Origin: an uncultured Spirochaetota bacterium
Lineage (GTDB): Bacteria > Spirochaetota > UBA4802 > UBA5550
DNA: 64,000 bases
NCBI GenBank assembly: GCA_963827275.1
Contig: CAWHAA010000007.1
Coordinates: 32,001 to 96,000, forward strand
Direction of reading: 5' to 3'
Below the pieces are notes generated by a model. It was not told where the DNA came from and searched no databases. It was given only the letters and a program-made list of their open reading frames with translations. Below are positions 56,186 through 64,000 of the stretch, piece after piece. Both the position numbers and the translations under genes were made by a program. Every line of letters begins with the position of its first letter. The first letter of the stretch is position 1.

Positions 56186-59100
56186 ATGCCCAAAAGAACA
56201 GATATAAAGAAGATTCTCATCATTGGCTCCGGGCCGATAGTTATCGGTCAGGCCTGTGAATTCGATTATTCGGGATCACAGGCCTGCAAGGCCTTGAAGG
56301 AAGAAGGCTACGAGGTCGTGCTGATAAACTCCAACCCGGCCACCATCATGACTGACCCTGATCTGGCCGACCGCACCTACATAGAGCCGATCACGCCGGA
56401 CTACGTTGAGAAGATCATTGAGATAGAGCGGCCGGACGCGCTCCTCCCCACGGTCGGGGGCCAGACGGCGCTCAACGTGACCCTCGCGCTCGGTGAGCGG
56501 GGCGTGCTCGAGCGCTACGGCACCGAGCTCATCGGCGCCAACATCGGGTCGATCCGCAAGGCCGAAGACCGCGACCTCTTCAAGAACGCCATGCTTTCCA
56601 TCGGCCTCTCCGTGCCCGCGTCGGGCCTCGCGTCGTCGATCGAGGAGGCGCTGGCGGTCCTCGAACGGGTCGGCCTGCCACTCATCATACGCCCCGCCTT
56701 CACCCTGGGCGGCACCGGCGGCAACATCGTGTATAACCGCGAGGAATTCATCGATCTCGTGGCGCGCGGACTGGACGAATCGCCCATCAGCCAGGTGCTC
56801 CTCGAGGAGTCGGTGATCGGGTGGAAGGAATACGAGCTCGAGGTGATGCGCGACAAGGCTGACAACGTGGTCATTATATGCTCCATCGAAAACATCGACC
56901 CGATGGGCATCCATACCGGCGACTCCATCACCGTTGCCCCCCAGCAGACCCTTTCTGACAGGGAGTACCAGAATTTACGGAACATGGCGATCAAGATCAT
57001 ACGGGAGATCGGCGTGGATACCGGCGGCTCCAACATACAGTTCGCGGTCAATCCCGCTGACGGCCGGATTATGATTATCGAGATGAACCCCCGGGTGAGC
57101 CGGAGCTCGGCGCTCGCGTCAAAGGCGACCGGGTTCCCCATCGCAAAGATCGCCGCAAAGCTCGCCGTGGGGCTCACGCTGGACGAGATCCCGAACGACA
57201 TCACCAGGGTGACCCCGGCGTCCTTCGAGCCGACGATCGACTATGTCGTGGTCAAGGCGCCCCGCTGGGCCTTCGAGAAATTCGAGGGCGCCGACTCGCG
57301 CCTGGGCACCCAGATGAAGTCGGTGGGCGAGGCCATGGCGATCGGCCGCACCTTCAAGGAGGCGTTCCAGAAGGCGCTGCGCTCGCTCGAGATCAGCCGC
57401 TACGGCTTCGGTTCCGACGGCGTCCTGAAAATCGTGGAGATGCTGAAGCGCCTGCCCGAACGGCACAAAAAGGACATCATCGAGAAAGAGCTCTTCAACA
57501 CCCGCGAGGACCGGATGTTTTTCCTCAACGTGGCCTTCAAGATGGGCTGGACGGTCGACAGGGTCGCACAGCTCACCGGCATAGACCGCTGGTTCCTGAC
57601 GCAGCTTGCCGAGATCGTGGCGGCGGCCCAGGACTACGCCGAGCGCTGCAAGGGCGCCGCCCTCTCGGCGGACGATCTGCTCCGGATGAAGCGCCTCGGC
57701 TTTTCCGACCGCCAGCTCGCCTACCTGGCCCACCGCGACGAGTTCGTACGCCTCTACGAGCGGGGACCCGATTTCCAGAAAGAGTATGCGGGCGGCCTGG
57801 CGGAAAAAGAGGACGAGGTGCGGAAGTTCAGGCTCGCGCATGGCATCGTCCCCGGCTTCAGGCTGGTGGACACCTGCGGTGGCGAGTTCGAAGCGTTCAC
57901 GCCCTACTATTATTCCGCCTATGACGACGCTGACGAGAGCGCCGCATCCGATAAGAGAAAGGTCATGATCCTGGGCGGCGGGCCAAACCGGATCGGGCAG
58001 GGGATCGAGTTCGATTACTGCTGCTGCCACGCCTCGTTCGCCCTCCGCGAGGAGGGGATCGAGTCCATCATGGTCAATTCAAACCCGGAGACCGTCTCCA
58101 CGGACTATGACACCTCCGACCGGCTCTATTTCGAGCCGCTCACCCTGGAGGACGTGCTCCACATATACAACAGCGAGAAGCCCGACGGCGTCATCGTCCA
58201 GTTCGGCGGGCAGACGCCCGCTGCGGCTGGCCCGCGCCCTCGAGAAGAACGGCGTGAAGATCCTGGGGACATCGCCCGATTCCATCGACCGGGCGGAAGA
58301 CCGCGAGCGGTTCGCGGAGGTCGTGCGGAAGCTCGGCCTGCGCCAGCCCGAGAACGGCATCGCCTTCGCGGAGGAGGAGGCCGTCCGCATCGCGGCCGGC
58401 ATCGGCTACCCGGTGCTGGTGCGCCCGAGCTACGTGCTGGGCGGCAGGGCCATGGCCGATCATCTACGACGAGAACGGCCTGCGCGACTACATCACGACC
58501 GCCGTGGAGCTGTCACCCGGCCACCCGATACTGGTGGATGATTTTCTCGAGGATGCCGTCGAGGTGGACGTGGACGCGCTCCACGACGGCGCGCACATCT
58601 ATATCGGCGCCATCATGGAGCACGTGGAAGAGGCGGGCATCCACTCGGGCGATTCGGCCTGCATCATCCCGCCGCCCTCCCTGTCGGAAGCGATGCTCCG
58701 GGAGATTTCCGAGACGACCGACGCGCTGGCGCGGGAGCTTGCGGTGCGGGGCCTCCTGAACATACAGTACGCGATCAAGGACGAGCTGCTCTATGTCATC
58801 GAGGTGAACCCCCGCGCGTCGCGGACCGTGCCCTTCGTGTCGAAGACGACGGGCGTGCCCCTCGCCAAGATGGCGGTGCGGGTCATGCTCGGTGCACGGC
58901 CTCGCGGAATACGGGTTGACCGCCATGAAGAAGGTGCCCTTCGTCAGCGTCAAGGAGGCGGTGCTTCCTTTTAATAAGTTCCCGGGGGTTGACACGCTCC
59001 TCTCGCCGGAGATGAAATCCACCGGCGAGGTGATGGGAATATCGGGGAGCTTCGGCGAGTCGTTCTACAAGGCGACGCTTGCCGCCGGCGACGCGCTCCC

Positions 59101-59512
59101 CGTCGACGGGACCGTGCTGCTTTCCATGAACACGCGCTCCCGCGACGAGCTGATGCCGGAGGTGCGGAGCCTCCACGAGGCGGGCTTCACCTTCATCGCC
59201 ACGGAGGGGACGGCGCAGTATTACAGCGACCAGGGCATCCCCTGCGCGACGGTGCACAAGGTCAGCGAGGGACGCCCCAATATCATCGACCTGTTGAAAA
59301 ACAAGGAAGTGGGCATGATAATCAACACCCCTTCCGGCAAGGTGTCCAAGGACGATTCGTTCCTGATCCGCCAGGCGGCGGTCAGGTACCATGTCCCGTA
59401 TATGACCACCATACAGGCCGCACGCGCGGCGGTCAGGGGCCTCCTGGCGCTCAGGCAGAGCAGCAGGATTTTTGTCCGGCCGATACAGGATTATCATAAA
59501 GAGGTGATCTAG
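56186..59512 (+). CDS. carB: Carbamoyl-phosphate synthase large subunit; three +1 indels (~58220, ~58458, ~58900)
   Basis: [30 protein letters not shown]. Homology continues through the 58107, 58504 and 58892 frames ([37 protein letters not shown] domain). Confidence 0.93.
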
Positions 59513-59516
59513 GAAT

Positions 59517-60056
59517 ATGGGTACAACAGTGTTGCTCCACAGCAGGGACATCGCGGAGATTATCGAGCGCCTGTCCGAACAGATATACCGCGATCTCGGG
59601 AGCGCGGAAAAGTTTGCGGTGGTGGGAATGCAGACCGGCGGGGTGGAGCTCGCGCGGCGGATCCGTACGCGCATAGAGCAGCTCTCGGGCAGGCAGATCC
59701 AGAGCGGCACGATTGACATCACCTTTTACCGCGATGACCTCACCACCAGGGGCGCCCTCCCTTCGATCAAGGAGACGGCAATCTCCTTTGATATATCCAC
59801 CATGACCATACTCCTCGTCGACGATGTCATTTTCACCGGGCGCTCCGCCAAGGCGGCGCTCGAAACGCTCACCTCGTTCGGCAGGCCCAAGGCCATCAGG
59901 CTCTTCGCCCTCGTGGACCGTGGAAACCGCGAGCTCCCGATCCAGCCCGATTACTGCGGGTACCGCGTCCGGACCGGCCTGAAGGACAACGTGGAGGTCG
60001 TCATTTCGGAAAAATCGCCTGCGGATGATATCGTCATTCATTCCGCCGCTGAATAG
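59517..60056 (+). CDS. pyrR: PyrR / uracil phosphoribosyltransferase
   Basis: G.IDITFYRDD, LVDDV.FTGRS, LVDRGNRELPIQPDY.G. Confidence 0.92.
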   Translation: MGTTVLLHSRDIAEIIERLSEQIYRDLGSAEKFAVVGMQTGGVELARRIRTRIEQLSGRQIQSGTIDITFYRDDLTTRGALPSIKETAISFDISTMTILLVDDVIFTGRSAKAALETLTSFGRPKAIRLFALVDRGNRELPIQPDYCGYRVRTGLKDNVEVVISEKSPADDIVIHSAAE

Positions 60057-60322
60057 CCGGTCGCCCGACCTGCGCCCCGGTAACGCGCCCTGCGCTGATT
60101 TTTACCGCCAATGACACCCGCGCGCCCGGCGCCTGATATGACATAAGGCCCGCTAAAATGTAATTGACTGATACCATGAAGATGTGCGATATTCATTTTT
60201 GTAATGATATCATACGTTGTTACACCCGGCGGCATGGAACAGTGCCGGTCGTCAGCGTGTTCCGGGGGGTCCGGTCCATCAGCGTTGCCCCGGATGCAAT
60301 CCCACTATCACAGACGGTTACT

Positions 60323-63300
60323 ATGACTGAGAGCCCCGTAAAGAAGACGAAAATACTGGTCGTTGAGGACGAAGCTGTCATCTGCATGCACATACGGAAC
60401 AGCCTGGAGCGCCTCGGGTACGAGGTGTGCGGCTGCGTGGCCTCGGCGAGCGAAGCGATGCAGGCCGCCGCGGAGACCCGTCCGGACCTCATCCTCATGG
60501 ATATCGTGCTGCAGGGCGACATGGACGGTATCGAGGCGGCGCAGATTATCCGGGAGAGGTTCGGCATCCCCATCGTATACATGACCGGCAACGCTGATAT
60601 TCCCACCATCACGCGGGCCCGCGGGACAGACCCCTACGGGTATATCCTCAAGCCGATCGATGTCCTGCACATGTTCTCGACCATTGACACCATCATGCAC
60701 CGGCGCGACCTGGAGCTGCGGCTTGCCGAGAACGAGGAGATGTTCAGGGCCATATCGGAAAACATCCTGGAAGGGATTGCGCTCACCGTCGGCTATAAGA
60801 ACATCTGGGTCAACGAGACCTTCGCGGATATTTTCGGTTATGCCAAGGAAGAGATGGTCGGCCACGGCCCGGAGCTGGTCATCCATCCGGATGAATTGCC
60901 GATGCTCATGCAGAGGGCGAAGAAGCTCCTGGAAGGCGCTCCTCCCGTGCCCAACCGCGTGAGGGGGGTGCGCAAGGACGGCACGGAATTACATGTGGAA
61001 GTGCTGAGCCGCCTGGTCCGGTTTAAGGAATCGACCGCCATACTGGTGATCATACGTGATGTAACGGTGAGCGTTAAAATTGAGAATGCCCTCATGGAGA
61101 GCGAGGAAAAATACCGGAGCCTGGTTGAAAATTTAAACGAAATAATAATCTCGATCGATGAAAAGGGGATTATCACGTTTGTTTCCCACAGCACCGAAGC
61201 CCATTCGGGTTATACGCAGCAAGAGATGGTGGGCCGCCCGTTCCTTGATTTTATTTTTCCCGATGACGCGGCGTCCATCCTCGGGAATTTCATGAAACGC
61301 CGGCAGGGGTTGACGGGGGCCACCGAATGCCGTGCCGTAGCAAAATCAGGAAACCCCTTCTGGGTGCGCATCTCCGGTACGCCCATTATGAGGGACGGTG
61401 TTTTCAAAGGCGTGCGGGGATTGCTTTCGAATATTGACGAAAGAAAGCGCGCCGAGGAGGCCCTTAGAGAGAGCGAAGAGAAATTCAGGGGCCTTGTCCA
61501 GAACCTCTTGGATGTTATCATCATAATGGACTCCAGGGGGGTGATCGTATTCGAGAACCCGGCAACGAAAGAGGTGCTTGGCCATTCGCTGATGGGGAAG
61601 ACGGGCTTTGACATCGTGCATCCCGAAGACCTGAAAACGGCCGCGGCCGCGTTTTCCGAAGTAATTAATGAAACCAACAGGCATGTACCGACGCTCTTCA
61701 GGGTGCGCCATGCTGACGGATCGTGGCTCTACTTTGAGGCGCTCGGGTCGAACCTGATGGACAACAAGATCGTCCCGGGGATACTGCTCGTATGCCGCGA
61801 TATCACGGAACGTATGAAGACGCAGGTTGCCCTCCAGGAGAGCGAGGAGCGGTACCGGGCCCTTTTTGACCAGTCGCCGGTGGGGGTATTTCTCTTTGAC
61901 AAAGACCTGGTCATTACGGAATGCAATGATTATTTCGCCGGGATGATGCAGACCCCCGGGGACATGATTATCGGATTTAATTCGGCGACACAAAGAGAAA
62001 CAGAAGTGGTCGAGAAGATGTGTGAGACCATTAATGGCAATCCGTCATCCTGGGAAGGCTGGTATCACGCACCGAACAGCGAGCTGACCTTTTATCATTC
62101 CGTGAATTACAGCCCGCTGCGCGATGTCGCGGGGAACGTCGTCGGCGGGATCGCGGTCGTCAGCGACCTCTCCGCGCGGAAACGGGCGGAAAAGGCCCTG
62201 CAGGAGAGCGAGGAGCGGTACCGGGCCCTCTTTGACCAGTCGCCGCTGGGGATCCTCCATTTTGACAGGGACATGATCATCACGGAATGCAATAAAAGGC
62301 TCCCGGAGATCATGCATTCGACCCGGCAGAAACTCATTGGCCTCGATCTCCACCTGCTGAAGGGAAGGGACGCGGTGGAAAAAATCGGGCAGACGCTTGC
62401 GGGGAATGTCGCCTCATATGAAGGACCGTATCATCCGATAACCAGCGATACGGTGATAATGATGTCAATGAATTCCAGCCCGCTGCGGGACGAAGGGGGC
62501 GCGGTCATCGGGGGGATGATCGTAATCGAAGATATAACGGACCGCAAGATTGCCGAGGAGCAGTTGAAGCTGTCAGAGGAACGAAACCGCCTGCTGATTG
62601 AACACGCCAATGAGGGGATCGTGGTGGTCCAGGACTGGCGTTTCATCTTCGTAAACCCCCGGTTCATTGCCCTCATGGGCTATACGGCGGAAGAGCTTGC
62701 CGCGCGCCGTTTCACCGACTATGTGTATCCCGACGACCGCGAGATGATCGCGGGCCGGTACGCCAAGCGCCTCGGGGGGGACGCTTCGCTGTACTCCTAC
62801 GAGGTGCGCTTTCTCGACCGGGACGGGGCCATCAGGTGGACCGAGGTGAATTCCGTCATGCTGCTCTGGGAAAAGAAGACGTCGGTGCTTCTGTTTATCA
62901 GGGACATAAGCGAGCGGAAGCGCGCCGAGGAAGACCGCGTGAAGATGGACGCGCAGATACAGCAGACCCAGAAACTTGAAAGCCTTGGCGTGCTGGCGGG
63001 CGGGATCGCGCATGATTTCAACAACCTCCTGATGGCGATACTCGGGAACATCGACCTGGCGCTCATGGACATGACGCCGTCGCTTCCCGCGCGGGGCAAC
63101 CTGCTTGAGGCCGCCAAGGCCTCGCAGCGGGCGGCAGACCTCTGCCGGCAGATGCTCGCCTATTCGGGCCGCGGGCGCTTCACGAGCGAGGCGATCGACC
63201 TGAACGAGATTATCGAGGACATGGCCCACATGCTGGAGGTCTCTATCTCGAAAAAGGCCGTGCTGCGGTATAATTTCGCTTCCGGGATTCCCGCCATAGA

Positions 63301-64000
63301 GGCCGATGTCACCCAGGTGCGGCAGATCATCATGAACCTTGTCATCAACGCGTCTGACGCGATCGGCCAGAAGAGCGGCGTCATCTCGATATCGACGGGG
63401 GTCATGACCTGCGACCGTTCGTATCTTGCCGATACATGGCTGGATGAGAACCAGCCGGAGGGCATGTACGTATATGCCGAGGTCGCCGATACCGGGTGCG
63501 GTATAGAAAACGGCAATCTTCCGAAAATATTCGACCCGTTTTATACCACGAAGTTCACGGGGCGCGGGCTCGGCCTAGCCGCGGTGCTGGGCATCGTGCG
63601 CGGACACCGCGGCGCCATCAAGGTCTACAGCGAAAAGGGCCGCGGCACGACCTTCAAGGTGCTTTTTCCGGTCGCCGACAGAGACGCCGAGCGTATCCTG
63701 TCGAAACGGGAGGCCGGTGATGACTGGAAAGGCGGCGGGACCCTGCTCCTTGTTGATGACGAGGAGACGATCCGCGTTCTGGGAAGGCGGATGCTGGAGC
63801 ATTTCGGCTTTACGGTATTGACCGCGGGGAACGGGCGCGAGGCCATTGATCTTTTCAGCGAGAACGCCGATGGGATCCGGTGCGTCATCATGGACCTGAC
63901 CATGCCGCACATGGACGGAGACGAGGCGTTCCGGGAAATACGCCGTATCCGGAAGGACGCGTGCGTCATAATGTCGAGCGGCTACAATGAGCAGGAGATC
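60323..64000 (+). CDS. Hybrid sensor kinase REC-6xPAS-HisKA-HATPase-REC (3' truncated by window edge; absent from the ORF track)
   Basis: MTESPVKKTKILVVEDE...PDLILMDI; six PAS units each preceded by an E.EE.YR/FR-type linker; LAGGIAHDFNNLL, NLVINASDA, DTG.G, FDPFYTTK..GRGLGL; LLVDDE...MDLTMP. Frame stays open to 64000. Confidence 0.92.
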   Translation, partial: MTESPVKKTKILVVEDEAVICMHIRNSLERLGYEVCGCVASASEAMQAAAETRPDLILMDIVLQGDMDGIEAAQIIRERFGIPIVYMTGNADIPTITRARGTDPYGYILKPIDVLHMFSTIDTIMHRRDLELRLAENEEMFRAISENILEGIALTVGYKNIWVNETFADIFGYAKEEMVGHGPELVIHPDELPMLMQRAKKLLEGAPPVPNRVRGVRKDGTELHVEVLSRLVRFKESTAILVIIRDVTVSVKIENALMESEEKYRSLVENLNEIIISIDEKGIITFVSHSTEAHSGYTQQEMVGRPFLDFIFPDDAASILGNFMKRRQGLTGATECRAVAKSGNPFWVRISGTPIMRDGVFKGVRGLLSNIDERKRAEEALRESEEKFRGLVQNLLDVIIIMDSRGVIVFENPATKEVLGHSLMGKTGFDIVHPEDLKTAAAAFSEVINETNRHVPTLFRVRHADGSWLYFEALGSNLMDNKIVPGILLVCRDITERMKTQVALQESEERYRALFDQSPVGVFLFDKDLVITECNDYFAGMMQTPGDMIIGFNSATQRETEVVEKMCETINGNPSSWEGWYHAPNSELTFYHSVNYSPLRDVAGNVVGGIAVVSDLSARKRAEKALQESEERYRALFDQSPLGILHFDRDMIITECNKRLPEIMHSTRQKLIGLDLHLLKGRDAVEKIGQTLAGNVASYEGPYHPITSDTVIMMSMNSSPLRDEGGAVIGGMIVIEDITDRKIAEEQLKLSEERNRLLIEHANEGIVVVQDWRFIFVNPRFIALMGYTAEELAARRFTDYVYPDDREMIAGRYAKRLGGDASLYSYEVRFLDRDGAIRWTEVNSVMLLWEKKTSVLLFIRDISERKRAEEDRVKMDAQIQQTQKLESLGVLAGGIAHDFNNLLMAILGNIDLALMDMTPSLPARGNLLEAAKASQRAADLCRQMLAYSGRGRFTSEAIDLNEIIEDMAHMLEVSISKKAVLRYNFASGIPAIEADVTQVRQIIMNLVINASDAIGQKSGVISISTGVMTCDRSYLADTWLDENQPEGMYVYAEVADTGCGIENGNLPKIFDPFYTTKFTGRGLGLAAVLGIVRGHRGAIKVYSEKGRGTTFKVLFPVADRDAERILSKREAGDDWKGGGTLLLVDDEETIRVLGRRMLEHFGFTVLTAGNGREAIDLFSENADGIRCVIMDLTMPHMDGDEAFREIRRIRKDACVIMSSGYNEQEI

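Noticed and set aside
58200..58905. Programmed ribosomal frameshifting or phase variation in carB and the hydrogenase
   Set aside because: No slippery heptamers or long homopolymer/SSR tracts; three successive shifts in a housekeeping enzyme are better explained by assembly error.

Overview
A 64-kb chromosomal segment from an anaerobic diderm bacterium, most likely a Spirochaetota of the Leptospira-related lineages. This assignment is inferred from a FlaA sheath-protein gene, a DUF1564-like gene and many lipoproteins. Contents in order: partial MBL/cNMP-binding protein; AlgI/AlgJ-type O-acetylation pair; DUF362 Fe-S protein; a periplasmic [NiFe]-hydrogenase module with two c3-family cytochromes; GntR; VOC; TetR with a non-canonical QueG-like cobalamin/Fe-S protein; GltS; CoA-transferase-GNAT fusion; XRE-cupin; a four-subunit Vor-type 2-oxoacid:ferredoxin oxidoreductase; metY-cysK-rrf2; a YHS/CusCBA metal-efflux cluster; acyl-CoA dehydrogenase; riboswitch-controlled btuB divergent from cobU-cobS-cobT; an HD-GYP sensor; M29 aminopeptidase; a secreted lipase with a possible helper gene; an InlB B-repeat lipoprotein; moaD-moaE-apgM and an SH3 protein; a 43-aa zinc-finger microprotein; btuFCD; flaA with a PilZ-like gene; TetR; carB-pyrR; and a REC-6xPAS-HK-REC kinase that runs off the right end. 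No rRNA, tRNA, CRISPR array, integrase or transposase was recognised. Best novelty candidates: (i) an apparently all-lipoprotein H2-uptake module with a Tat+lipobox small subunit, a tetraheme c3 and a paralogous triheme c3 that lacks heme IV; (ii) the TetR-controlled QueG-like enzyme lacking canonical motifs; (iii) the lipase/helper pair. Caveat: six single-base indels (hydrogenase large subunit, tetR, carB) all map to synonymous third codon positions, which suggests assembly artefacts from strain heterogeneity. All family calls are from motif recognition by eye; no searches were run.
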